Source: an uncultured Planctomycetaceae bacterium (lineage in GTDB: Bacteria; Planctomycetota; Planctomycetia; Planctomycetales; Planctomycetaceae). Taken from it: a stretch of 64,000 bases of DNA. Each line of letters opens with the position of its first letter. Position 1 is the first letter of the stretch. Of the stretch, positions 41,820 to 54,770 are shown in pieces. The notes beneath the pieces were generated by a model. The model was not told the origin of the DNA and searched no databases. It worked only from the letters and a program-made list of their open reading frames with translations. Position numbers and translations under genes: made by a program. The stretch is taken from contig CAWFAK010000017.1 in the NCBI GenBank assembly GCA_963813715.1, positions 256,001 through 320,000 of the forward strand, in the 5' to 3' direction.

Positions 41820-42470
41820 TCAGGGCGTCGGCGAGTCCTCAGGTTCGTTCGGTGCGGTGGACTTGGGCGTTGGTTCGCTCGCGGTTTTCGCGATGGGGTG
41901 AAAGATCGTAAACCGACCGCACTCCAGGTCGAGCAGTCGAATTTGATCGCCGGAGACGGCCTTTCGGCCGTTGGCTCCCTGGTGATAAATGTTGAGCACC
42001 CTCCCGCCCGCGAGGACTTGAGCGACGATGGCGGTGTGGTGCCGCGCGGTCATGGTATAGGTGCTCCCGTCGTCGAGCGAACCGGTCAAAGTTGTGCGGG
42101 TGAATTGGATGATGTCGCCCGGGCGGACGTCTTTGACGTCGCCCTTCGTCTTGAATTCGGTGCCGACACGCTCCAACACGAAGACCAGCTCGCCCCAGTT
42201 GAAATCGTCCGACCGTCCCTGAGGCGAATCGGGCTTGGCGGCATGCGGGCCGTGCAGCCTTGCCCCGGCCGACTGCAATGCCGCACCGACAAACGTCGTG
42301 CAGGAGCCATTGCCCACCCGCTTGCCCTGCTGCTGCTTGCAGTATTCGAGGATGCGATCCGCCACTGCCGGCGGATCATCGGCTCGACAAGCCGCAAAAC
42401 CGCACGTGGCCGCAAGAATCACGGCCAAAAAGAAAGCGCGTCCAACCGTGCGACACCTTGGCGGCATCAC
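41820..42470 (-). CDS. Secreted papain-fold (CHAP/NlpC-P60-like) cysteine amidase/peptidase
   Basis: Signal peptide; GKRVGNGSCTTFV...RPGDIIQF...HHTAIV...IYHQ giving a Cys-His-Gln arrangement. Confidence 0.7.
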   Translation of the reverse strand: MMPPRCRTVGRAFFLAVILAATCGFAACRADDPPAVADRILEYCKQQQGKRVGNGSCTTFVGAALQSAGARLHGPHAAKPDSPQGRSDDFNWGELVFVLERVGTEFKTKGDVKDVRPGDIIQFTRTTLTGSLDDGSTYTMTARHHTAIVAQVLAGGRVLNIYHQGANGRKAVSGDQIRLLDLECGRFTIFHPIAKTASEPTPKSTAPNEPEDSPTP

Positions 42471-42590
42471 TTTCTCCGTGAGTTGAACCTTCGCCTCAGT
42501 CTACCTGGCCGCGCACGTCGCGGACAATCAATCATTGGGCAGCGACGAGGAGCGATGCGATCGCGGAGTCCGCGCGAAGCTGTGTCCCGT

Positions 42591-43841
42591 TCAGCGATGC
42601 ACCGTTGCGGCGAAGTTCGTCCACAGCGTGCCGAGCGGCGCATGGGCGTAGTCTTCGAACAGTTCTTCGGTATAGGCTCCGATCGCCAGTCGCACGTTGA
42701 GCTTTTCGATGACGTGCGGGCCGTGCGTCCGTTCGACCCAGTCGAGAAACGCGGCGGCCGTTCCGTACCCGTCTCGATACGTTTTCTTGCGGTCGATCTT
42801 GAACGGTTTTTCCGGCTCAAACTCGAAGTAGCGGACATAATCGGCGACCCCTTCGCCGATCCAGAAATCGTCACGCCCTTCGATTCCGGGTAGTTCTGCA
42901 CGACGTGCGTCAGTTCGTGAATCACCATGCCGATGTCTTCGGGATGTTTTTTCACCCAATTGGCGCTAATGGTAATTTCCCCCTGTTGCGCGAACGTGTA
43001 GGCCACCGTCTTGATGGGGTCCTTGAAATGGATCGTGATCGTCCGCGCGGGAGGATGGCCGACGGGGTAGAGAATGTCGTAGATGATTGCGTACCACTCT
43101 TCGCAGAGCTGTTTGGCTCCGGCCGCCCACCGCGCTGCCTCGTGCAGCTCGTGGAGATCGAGGACGATTTTCGGGACCACCGGTTTGCGGTCCGCCGCCC
43201 AGTGGCCCGCGTAGAGCCGCGTGAGGTCGGCGAAACGCTTCGGCACCGTTTTGTTCCCCGCCGCGAATTTTGAGCGAATCCGAGGAGAGGCGGACAGTGT
43301 AATCGCGCTTGGCGTCCTTGAGTTCGACGTACTCACTCGTGCGGCCTGTTTCGCGGAACACATTGATGCCGTCGAAATTGCGCTCGACCCAGACCGCGGC
43401 CTCGGATGATGCGCCTGTGCCGCCAGGCTCTTTGTTTTGCGCCCGGAACGTGCCGGCCGGCGACTGCCAATCGAGCCGCGTGTCGGGATCAGTCCATGAG
43501 CCCTCTGACACCCGCGCAAACTTGGGGAGTCTTTTCACGCCCCCCTTCCCGCCGCGGAGGAGCACTTTGTGCGGATAGAGCCGCACGGTGTAGTGCCGCA
43601 CCGGGTCGAGCAGCTCGACGAAGATGGGGTTACGCGCGACTTCGACAAACGTGTGGCTTGTCTTGCGAGACTGTTCGACCCAGGTGAGCGAACGCCGGAT
43701 CGACCCGTTGCCGTACTCCCAGCACTGGCGATCGGCGGTTTGGGCAGGGGCGGCGGCACCCATCTCGCTGAGCACGATGAGCGCGGCCAGTGCGATCGCG
43801 ATCCGAACTAAAGGGGACGGCCGGTTGTATCGTGTCGACAT
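42591..43841 (-). CDS. Secreted BSP (basic secretory protein)-family metallopeptidase with two N-terminal repeats; frameshifts near 43240 and 42880
   Basis: VAYT...ISANW...VIHELTHVVQNY, then WIGEGVADYVRY and YRDGYGTAAAFLDWV across three ORFs. Confidence 0.8.
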
Positions 43842-44045
43842 GCCCGAGGCGGCTCAATCGCTGGCTGGAGCGTACGAATATCCTATCCTCAACCGGGCCA
43901 CGGGGCGCTTGCGGCTCTTTCACAAAGAGGCAGACTTCACTGCCTTCGAGCAAATCCTGGGCGAGGCGCGCGCGAGTGCCGCTACGAATCCTGGCCTACG
44001 TGGTGATGAGCAACCACTGGCACTTTGTTGTTTTACCTCGCCAGA
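43840..44045 (+). mobile_element. Truncated, frameshifted REP-associated tyrosine transposase (RAYT, IS200-like HUH) remnant
   Basis: ILNRATGRLRLFHKEADFTAFEQILGEA then RVPLRILAYVVMSNHWHFVVLP (HUH motif); C-terminal half absent. Confidence 0.8.
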
Positions 44046-44099
44046 ATCAGGGTGAAGCAATCGAACCCGATCGCGACTGGCCGAATGATGGCAGTTGGG

Positions 44100-45184
44100 G
44101 CAAGGCCTAGGGGGGTCTCATCCAAATCACGTACTGATCGCCGCGGTCGTTTTCACGAAGTCGCACCGACAACAGGCGACCTTGCTGCTTCGCCGCCTCG
44201 CGCAGCCGCGGTGTCGACGTCAATCCCCAGCTCTGTCGTGTTGGCATTCAGGGCACGCTGACTCGAAACTTTTGCCCATGGCACCAACGACTCAACCACA
44301 ATCGCGCAGCGGCCCTCGAAGCAGGGGATCGGTCACCGCCATGATCGTCAATCTCTTTTGACTGATCGACGAAGATTTTGAATCACCAACCCAAACTGCG
44401 CTCGGCTGCAATCTGATTTCGGGGCGGAAATGCCAGGCCACCGGGATTTGCAGTAGCGGCCCGTCCGCTTTTTCCTGGCTTATTCTAACCACATCGAGCG
44501 TGGCACGGTTGGCGGCTTGGCTCCTGATCGTTCCTTTGACCGTCTCCTCCGATGGGCCGGAAACCACGGAGGTAATTTGGATCTCATTCGACTTTGAGGT
44601 CACGCGTACAGGTTGACGATGTTTACGAAATTTGACGACGACGCTGAAGTCAGCGACGCCGTCGTGATCCAGCTCGCCACTAACTGTTGCAGGATCGGAC
44701 CAAACGACGGGATCAACTTTGCCGTGAATCTGGACCTCCCAGACTCGGCCCGGCAGATCGGGCGATGTGAGTTTGACATTCTTCGCAAGCTCGGCGGGCG
44801 TGCTTGGCACCGTCACCACGAATGTGAGCGACACTTTGTCGTGCGGCAGAAGAACGGAATCGCTGAGCTGTGCCGCGACGCAACCGCAACTGGCGGTCGG
44901 CCTGTTCATCCGAACGCTCTGGTCGGAATTGTTGAGAACCGCGACCTCGACCGTCCGTTTCTCGCCGGCGTTCAGCTCACCTAAGTCAACTGTTGCCGGG
45001 TTCAAAGCAAGGGAGACCTTGCCGGAAGAGAGCGGAACCACCGGGGATGATTCTCCGGTGCCCACGCCCCCCAGGTCACGGCGTAAAGCCGGGCGCCACC
45101 CACGACGACGACTGCTGCAATCAGCCCAAGCAGAAGCCGATCGCCCCTCAGGTATCGGGCGACTTCCAATAAGCGCTGCTTCAT
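44100..45184 (-). CDS. DUF1573 (Ig-like) domain membrane-anchored protein, frameshifted; 3' end approximate
   Basis: N-terminal TM (MKQRLLEVARYLRGDRLLLGLIAAVVVVGG) joins through a G6 run to VDLGEL...NNSDQSV...TASCGCVAA...LLPHDK. Confidence 0.75.
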
Positions 45185-45198
45185 CGCGCAGCTCGTCT

Positions 45199-46125
45199 TC
45201 AGAAATAGTAAACCGTGACATCGCGACGACGACGCGTCGTTGAGATGCTCGCCAATTGAATCGGCTGCCATTTCTTGGCCGTATCATTGTACCGGAAGCG
45301 AACAAAATACGGCTCCGCAGCCTCGTAGTGCTCGGCATCAAGCTTGATGATCAACTCCACGTCCGCAATCAACACTGACCGCCCATTCCGCAGTGCCGCC
45401 TCGAGATCCCCTGTTTCCGCCACGAAGCTTGGAGCGAACGTCTGAATTGCCAGAAAAACGTTGTACAAGTCGTGGACGGGCGACGAAGGATCGGTCTTGG
45501 AAGGGAGATTCAGGACCTTCTCCATCGCGACTCCACGAGCATCCCAAATCTGCCGACAGCACTGACTGGGAATGAGGGACTGCCAGTGGGTCGGTCCGGC
45601 ACTATTGGCTTTGGATTCACGCGCAAAGACTTCCCTGTCTGACAGCGCGCTCACGTCCTTCTGACCCAATCTGCCCAGGAATTGTTCGTCTGCCTTGCGT
45701 CGCTTCGGATCCAGCCTGTTCCCGCGCTCCTGCATATAACCAAAAACCGCGTCAGCGGTGCCCTCCGAATACGCGTTCAGAAATCCCGTGATCGCCGTTT
45801 CCAGGTCTCGTATTTGCTCGGGCGCCAAGTCGCTCAAGGAAACGGCGGCTGATGGGATGGGGCAAGCCAAGCAATTATGCGCTGGGATGTCGCGTACGGC
45901 TCCCGCCACGTCTCTCGACGCGAGAGGGACCGCTACACTCGAGTTCCATTCCGCGAGGAGCCCAGCCAGCCGACGCTGTCGCTGGGAATCACTCTCGATG
46001 ATGGCAGGATCGACTGACTGTGCTGCCGAGGCGTGACGATCCCTCCAGGCCCGTAGAATCACCCACTCGCCCGCGCCGAGTGCGGCCAGCAGAACAACGA
46101 TGGCGACCGTACGGAACCGTTTCAC
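45199..46125 (-). CDS. Membrane-anchored hypothetical protein
   Basis: GTG start, TM helix VAIVVLLAALGAG, globular body ending YFVRFRYNDTAKKWQP; stop 14 nt before the DUF1573 gene start. Confidence 0.7.
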   Translation of the reverse strand: MKRFRTVAIVVLLAALGAGEWVILRAWRDRHASAAQSVDPAIIESDSQRQRRLAGLLAEWNSSVAVPLASRDVAGAVRDIPAHNCLACPIPSAAVSLSDLAPEQIRDLETAITGFLNAYSEGTADAVFGYMQERGNRLDPKRRKADEQFLGRLGQKDVSALSDREVFARESKANSAGPTHWQSLIPSQCCRQIWDARGVAMEKVLNLPSKTDPSSPVHDLYNVFLAIQTFAPSFVAETGDLEAALRNGRSVLIADVELIIKLDAEHYEAAEPYFVRFRYNDTAKKWQPIQLASISTTRRRRDVTVYYF

Positions 46126-46463
46126 GAGGTCCGCCTTGATTCGCGTTCGGCACCGCCCGTGATGGCTCGGCCACCCTAGGCAGCTGCTGATTTCCCGGCT
46201 GTCGCAATATCGTTGGGACCGCCAGCCCGAAGTCGACAACCTCGCAAGGTCAAAAAATGACCCAGTGAGATCCGACCCGGCGCCAGTCAAACTGTTTCGG
46301 CGCACCGTCCGCTAGTTCGCAGAAGTGATGCCCTGCCAACCGCTACCATGTGCCCGTCAACTAATGTGCACGGCCGAGCGGTCAGAGAACCACAAGATGG
46401 GATTGAGCTGCGATATTTCGGACGCAAACAAGCCAATCGGCCAGTGCCACGCAGTCGCCCTAG

Positions 46464-46790
46464 TTATCGGTCAACGACAATAAAGCACTGGTAACAATAA
46501 ACATCGTCCCCGTAGTCATCGGGATCGTAGTAGCAGCATGAGCACTGATAAGGGCAGCCGTAGCACACGTAGATGTAACCGTTATTGGTGCACGTACAGC
46601 AGGCAAAATTGCCGCAAGTCTCGTAGGTGCAACCACAGGGACCGGCCGGCACGCCAAGTCCGCACGTCGAGCGCACAGACGCCGGGCTCGCCCCGCCCGA
46701 CAGAGCCAACTTGGGGATAACAAAGGCGAACACAAACAAAGCAACGGCTGCACAAGCGATGTTAGACCGTGTGAGATACTTTTTTAGCAC
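46464..46790 (-). CDS. Secreted Cys/Tyr-rich small protein (108 aa)
   Basis: GGAGG RBS, GTG start, signal peptide, then 14 Cys and 10 Tyr in about 66 residues. Confidence 0.8.
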   Translation of the reverse strand: MLKKYLTRSNIACAAVALFVFAFVIPKLALSGGASPASVRSTCGLGVPAGPCGCTYETCGNFACCTCTNNGYIYVCYGCPYQCSCCYYDPDDYGDDVYCYQCFIVVDR

Positions 46791-47127
46791 GGCAAGTTCC
46801 TCCAAAAGAGCTATGAACTTGAATTGTGCGACCAACAAGTCGCGACTTTTGTGCTTTTACTATCTCAACAACTATCGCCTCAAATCAGCAGGGATCGACG
46901 GGCTTCACCGCTGTCCCAAGCGCGTCCCATAGCTAGCGCGCATGATTAGACCAACTGGCCATCCGTGCGTCAACGATGTCGAATGTAAGCTGCAGGCAGC
47001 ATGTGACAGACGGCCAACCGCACCTCGCCTTTATTGCGCGCTACTCCGTTCCCTTTGCTTCGCGCAAATGCCGGCGGCCCGGCGAATTGCCGGGCCTCGG
47101 TTGACTCGGGTTCGAACCCCCGGCTGC

Positions 47128-49242
<2,115 letters not shown>

Positions 49243-49561
49243 CGATCTCCCCTTCGTCTGCGTACAGATTGTCCGTCAACGCGCGATACGAACGAATCTG
49301 GCTGCCTGCGAGACTGGCACAGGAATGGTCCGATTCCCGGCCCGCCCAGACTTAGACTCTGATCCCCAGCATCCATCCGAGCGAAATAAGAAATAAGGCG
49401 GCAGCCAACGTCCTCGTCGGCCATTCTACTACCGATTTGCCGACCCAACCAGATCCAAGATTGCCGGGACCGGCCACGGTACACTGCGCGAGATTTAACC
49501 CGGCGGGCAAGCCGTTTGCCCCTTGGCGGCTCGAGGACCCGGTTTCCCGATCGACCGGCGC

Positions 49562-49595
49562 AAAAAAGAGAGACCGGCAATTGCCGGCCTCTCTC
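49562..49595 (-). terminator. Rho-independent terminator
   Basis: Minus strand reads GAGAGAGGCCGGC-AATT-GCCGGTCTCTC followed by T6. Confidence 0.8.
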
Positions 49596-49679
49596 GGAAG
49601 CGTTGACCTGCTGAATTCCGCCTCGCCTTCGCGAGAAGAACTGTTTCAGGCCCGCTTGAGGGCCACCCTGCTCCGTTTG

Positions 49680-50318
49680 CTAGTGACTCGATCCGTTGAG
49701 CGACGAGGTCGCGTCGTACACCGGCTTCTCGCCCGCGATCATCCGCGTGGCCGAGGTCGTCCGGGTCCGGGCTGTTGGGACGCCGATCACCTCGTCCGTA
49801 CCGGGGACCGTCAGAGGAGTCGTGTTCGGGATGGTGTTAGCCGTGGGCACCGGGCGACCGGCTCCCCACACCACCTCAGCACCGACCGAATCGGCCGTGT
49901 GATACAGGTATCCGCCATGACCGTAGTATTCCGGCGGATGCAGAGCGCGGAACATCGGCTCATCCATGGCGTAGCGGGCCTTGGCCAGCTCCGTGCGGTG
50001 CTCGTCCATCCAGAATTGCGTCGAGCCGTTGAACTGGCGACGGAACCGTCCAAACTCGACGGCCGCGTCGCGAATTTGCTGCTGCTGAATCTCGGCGGCG
50101 GTCAGGTCATCGGGCACGCCGTAGAGACGATAGGGACCCTCGAGCCCCAGGAGCGGTTCGCGCGAGTGACGCGTACTGTAATTATCCGCGGGAGCGGCAG
50201 TCGGACCGCCGTACATTCCGTAATCGACACTGGGTCGAGGCCGCGCACTGACCGGAGTCTGAGCGAACGCCGAAGTTCCCAAAGCACAGACACACGCGGC
50301 CATAATGAGCTTTTTCAT
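49680..50318 (-). CDS. Secreted hypothetical protein
   Basis: GGAGG RBS; MKKLIMAACVCALGTSAFAQ signal peptide; terminator downstream. Confidence 0.78.
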   Translation of the reverse strand: MKKLIMAACVCALGTSAFAQTPVSARPRPSVDYGMYGGPTAAPADNYSTRHSREPLLGLEGPYRLYGVPDDLTAAEIQQQQIRDAAVEFGRFRRQFNGSTQFWMDEHRTELAKARYAMDEPMFRALHPPEYYGHGGYLYHTADSVGAEVVWGAGRPVPTANTIPNTTPLTVPGTDEVIGVPTARTRTTSATRMIAGEKPVYDATSSLNGSSH

Positions 50319-50454
50319 AACACGCCTCCTCTGTTATCTGCTCCCGGCCGCCTTGCTGCCGCCGGTTTTTTAGGCCCACCCTTTATTGTTTCACGCTTTC
50401 GTTTTCACTGCTTCGTTTTTCACCTCGTCGGTTGACGTGGCTGAAAGAGGGAAT

Positions 50455-50471
50455 TGCAAATCCCGCGCCCG
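50455..50471 (-). promoter_or_regulatory. Candidate sigma-54 promoter
   Basis: CGGGCGCGGGATTTGCA (GG-N10-GC with TTGCA) about 135 nt upstream of the gene starting at 50318. Confidence 0.35.
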
Positions 50472-50666
50472 CGGACCAAAACAAGCGGCAAAAGTGTGAC
50501 CGCTGGCGGACGATTTGTCGTACACACGAGGAGGCTCGCCGCCGCGGTGAAGAGCGCGCGGGGAAGGCGCGAGCGCCAGAAGTGACATCGTGAGCGGGAG
50601 AACAGCGAAGCGCGCCGGAAGCCTATCGTCACGCCTGAGCGCCTTCGGTCTCAAATTCGGCGGCGC

Positions 50667-52980
50667 TTACGGGCTCTCGTTCTTCGCTTCCTTCGCTTCT
50701 TCTTTCTCCGTCCCCTTCACGGGGACAAAGGTCTCGACCTCGATCATCAGCACCTGGATCGTCAGGTCGCCGATCTTGGTCTTCTTGGCATCGGGCTCGG
50801 TCGAGGGCTGCCGGGTGACGATGACATCGAGCGAGCGCGTGCGCTGAGTCGCCAGATCGTGCTGCACGACATCGACCCACTTTTCTTCGCCAATGTCGTG
50901 CGTCGAGGCGTGTATTTGGGTCCGCGTCCCCTTGGCCATCGCGGAGTGATAGAAGTTGGCCGTACGGCTGATCTCGTCGGTGCCTTCCAGCTGGATGTAA
51001 TGCACGACGAGCGGCTCGCTGACGGCGGCCGTCAGGTTCGACGGCAGAATCCTCGGGCCAGCGCAGGTGAAACTCCTTGATGATGTGCTCGCCGGGCCGC
51101 AACACGAACGGAACGGGGACGGCCGGAGTCGGTGCGGAACTGCCGCTTTTGCCCTTCTCGTGCCCCTGCCCACTGGCGTCAGCCGTGCGCGACGATTTTT
51201 TCGCGGCCGCATCGTCGGCTTTTCCCGCTTTGGTGGTGCCCGACTTCTTGTCAGCCTTCTTGTCGGCCTTCTTATCAGCGGCCGCATCCTTTTTGTTGTC
51301 GGCGTCTTTGTCGTCTTTGGCGTCGGCCGCAGCGTCGTCGCCCGCCGCCTGCGCCACGGCCGCCAGGCGCTCGTCCCAGTGCGTGACGAAGCGCTCGATC
51401 GTGTCTCGCCACTCGTACTGCATATCGGTCTGACGCTGCTTCTCGGCCGCCTCTTCGGCCTTCTTCTCGGCGGCCGCGCTGTGGTGACCACTGGGCGGCG
51501 TGCTCGGCGTATGGTGCCGCGTCTTGGGGCGATCTCTGTAGACGACCGACTTCATCGCGATGAGAGCCCCCGGATCGAGCCACTCCGGACCGACGAGGTA
51601 CATCGTGCCCGGCATAGCGGCCGCATTTGTGCCGCCGGCCCCGCCGCGCATTCCGGCCCCGCCCATGCCACCGCGACCCATTCCGCCACCCATGCCTCCG
51701 GGCCGCATGCCGCCTCCGCCCATTCCACCATAAGGCGCGCCCCCTCCGCCCTGGGGGGCGCCGGCTCCCGCGGCCACGTGTGAGGCGGGGTTATCGGGCT
51801 TGCCTAGTTCATGTGGAGCTTTTTGCAGCAGGTAGGTCCGCAATTGTTCGCGGGCCGATTTGAGAGGAATCGAGCCGACGGCAGTGAGGACTTGTTCGGT
51901 ATTGCTGCCGGGCCGGGCGAGCTCCGCCCCCAGCGCCTCGATGAACGCGCTTTGCCACAGATCACGAGCGACGAGGGCCGGATCGGCGGGGGTCGCGTTG
52001 AGCAACTTTTCCGTGAATTCCAGAATCAGCGCGACGGGATTGTTGAGCGCCTCCGCCGCGACCGCTCGCGCCGGAGCGCCGGCCGTTGCCGGGCCACCGG
52101 GAGGCGCGACGGTGGTTTGCCCCTGGAGGGCCGCGATGGGATTAGAACCCGGCGGGCCACCGCCCGCGACCTTCGCCAGCTCGGCCATGAGGGCGGCGGC
52201 CGCTGCCTGCGGGTTCGGCGCCGGCGCCTCTGGTGTGAGCCGCAGCGCGGACTTCAGGGCGGTCGCGTTCTGCTCGAGCACCTGTTTTTGCAAATCGAAG
52301 CGGAGCACGTCGGGCAGCGCGTGGCTCCGCATCAGCACGACTTGCGCGGCGAAGCTCGCCGGGCTTGGCTTGATCAGCGCCGTTTCGATCGCGCTGCGAA
52401 TGTCGGGTGTCACCTGGTCGTGCACTTTGGCGACCTTGGCTCGGAGGTCCGGCGAACCGACGCGAGCGATCACGCGGACCGCATCGATCCGCACAGCCGC
52501 GCCGGAATAGTCCTTGCCTGCACGCAGCGTTTCGTCGGGCGTCGAAATCAGCTTCACCAGAAAGGCGTCTGCGGCGGGCGACTGCCGCAGCGTCAGCGCG
52601 ACGAGGGCCATCTCCGCAGCCTGCTGATTGTGTCCGCCGAAGGCGATTTTTCCCTCGACGATCGATTCCAATGTCTTGAGGGCGGCGTCGCTTTGGTTGC
52701 CGGCCAATGCGTAAACGACTGAGAAGACGGCCTGCGTCTTGGTCAGCGGCGGCCCCGGCGGCTTGGCCTCGGCCACGGGAGCGTCGGCAGGAGCCCCTTT
52801 GTCTTTGTCCCTCTTGCGCATGCGCGTCATCTGCGCGGAGACGGGGCCCGCCACCCACAAGGCCAACAGCGCCGCGGTGAACGCCGAGAGAGCACAACGA
52901 TGTCCCAGCCCGCCGTCCCGCAGATTCCGCCAGCCAAAGCGCATGTCGCGTCCTCTGTTGTCTACTTTCGAGTCGTTCAC
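50667..52980 (-). CDS. Large secreted helical/low-complexity hypothetical protein (frameshift near 51045)
   Basis: Signal peptide, HEAT-like helices, Gly/Met and Asp/Lys tracts; C-terminus continues in ORF 50667-51491. Confidence 0.65.
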
Positions 52981-53380
52981 TTCGCTGATGTCGCGATTCC
53001 GGGCGCCGTCGTCTCGTTGTCAGTCGGCTCGGTTGTCAATTGGCGACTTGTCCGTTGCTTCGCCGCGGCGGCCCGTCCGTCGGTTTGATGACGGACGGCA
53101 GCGGTTTTTCTGCCGCCTCACAAAACGTGCGTATCAGGAATGCCGATTGCGCGAGCGATCGAGCGGCCCCTCGATCGGCTTCGACGGTCAACCCGTTGCA
53201 GTCCGCAAGGTGCCCGCGATTTTCCACTTCTTCGCATTCTGGCTGCCGAAAATCTGCGGCACAACCGTGAATATCAGGAATACTTGCTGAGCCTGCCAGA
53301 TGGTACGAATTTCACCGTTCGCCCGCCGCGCCGCGCGTTGGCCGCTCCGCGGGCCGTTTACCTAACTTTTCGCGTTCCCC

Positions 53381-53572
53381 ATGCGAGAGCAAAATCCCAT
53401 GCAGACCCGCCCCCTGCCCGATATCAGCGTCGATTTCATGACCTGGCTCAACACGGAGCTGCGTAAGCGGATCGACGCGGACGACGATTCCGAAACTCGC
53501 GGCCTGGTCAATCGCCTCAAGAACTACTTCGGCCGCCCCGTTCCCGTCGAAACGGTGGGGTCCGAGTTCTAG
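53381..53572 (+). CDS. Small hypothetical protein
   Basis: 63-aa ORF with plausible composition (PLPDISVDFMTWLNTELRKR). Confidence 0.5.
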   Translation: MREQNPMQTRPLPDISVDFMTWLNTELRKRIDADDDSETRGLVNRLKNYFGRPVPVETVGSEF

Positions 53573-53898
53573 GCGGACGTCCGTTCACGGGTGCAAATCA
53601 CTGCCCGCTGAACGTTTCGCGGTCACCCTGCGGATCTTGGACAGCATCAAGTTCAGGACTCATCACGACCGGGACGAGGAGCGCAATGCCCTCGCCCCGG
53701 TTTGCGTGTTTTGCGGCCTCGCCTTATTCGCCGTTGCCGGATTCTGTTGCCGGCGCCCTGCCCCGCGCTCGCCGATGCGGCTGCCCCGGCTTACCTTCCT
53801 CGTCAGCGGCGGGGCAATCGCGCATCATGGCTGGTTCGGTTCGAGCGAATTGAAGGCGTCGCTCGGCAAGTTTCCGGACGCCGAGTTGTAAGCCCAGA

Positions 53899-54753
53899 GT
53901 GATGAGCGAACGGCACCTGACGATCGACGGCGTGCGAATTCCGCGTTTTCTGTACGGGACGGCGTGGAAGGAAGACGAGACCGAGCGTCTGACCCGCCTG
54001 GCCCTTGAGTGCGGTTTTCGCGGCGTCGACACGGCCAACCAGCGCAAGCACTACCACGAGGCGGGCGTCGGCCGTGCCATCGCAACCGCGATCGCCGGTG
54101 GCCAGCTCGCGCGTGACGATTTGTTCCTGCAGACCAAGTTCACGTTTCGCCGCGGCCAGGATCACCGGCTGCCCTACGATCCGCAGGTGCCCGTTGCCGA
54201 GCAGGTTATGCAATCGTGCGCCAGCTCGCTCGAACATCTGGGCGTCGAGGCCGTTGATTCGTACGTGTTGCACGGCCCGACGCTGCGTGCCGGACTCGTC
54301 GTCGCCGATTGGGAAGCGTGGCGGGCGATGGAGTCGCTCCACGCGAGCGGCCGAGTCCGATTGCTGGGCGTGAGCAATGTGAGCCTCGAACAGCTCGAGA
54401 GCCTGGCTCGCGGCGCCCGGGTGCCGCCGCGGTTCGTGCAGAACCGCTGTTACGCGAGCCAGGGTTGGGACCATGACGTGCGGCAGTTCTGTCGTGCGCA
54501 CGAGATCGTCTACCAGGGCTTCTCGTTGCTGACTGCCAACCGCGACGTGCTCACCCATCCCGAGATCGTGCGAATCGCCCAGCAACACGGCCGCACTGTC
54601 AGCCAGATCGTATTCCGCTTCGCGCTCGACGTCGGCATGTTGCCCGTCACCGGCACGACGAGCGCCCAGCACATGCGGGCAGATCTCGACATCTTCGACT
54701 TTGAGCTAACGTCCGACGAAGTCGCGATGATCGAAGATTTGGCGACGGCGTGA
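53899..54753 (+). CDS. Aldo/keto reductase
   Basis: LYGTAWK, GFRGVDTA, LFLQTKF, DSYVLHGP, LGVSN. Confidence 0.93.
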   Translation: MMSERHLTIDGVRIPRFLYGTAWKEDETERLTRLALECGFRGVDTANQRKHYHEAGVGRAIATAIAGGQLARDDLFLQTKFTFRRGQDHRLPYDPQVPVAEQVMQSCASSLEHLGVEAVDSYVLHGPTLRAGLVVADWEAWRAMESLHASGRVRLLGVSNVSLEQLESLARGARVPPRFVQNRCYASQGWDHDVRQFCRAHEIVYQGFSLLTANRDVLTHPEIVRIAQQHGRTVSQIVFRFALDVGMLPVTGTTSAQHMRADLDIFDFELTSDEVAMIEDLATA

Positions 54754-54770
54754 CGGCGGTCGCGGCGACG

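Noticed and set aside
47103..47124. tRNA T-arm-like GGGTTCGAACCC near the island edge
   Set aside because: Stem is only 3 bp and there is no cloverleaf or second copy.
53637..53891. Small membrane ORF upstream of the aldo/keto reductase
   Set aside because: The RBS and ATG are out of frame with the hydrophobic stretch; too uncertain to call.
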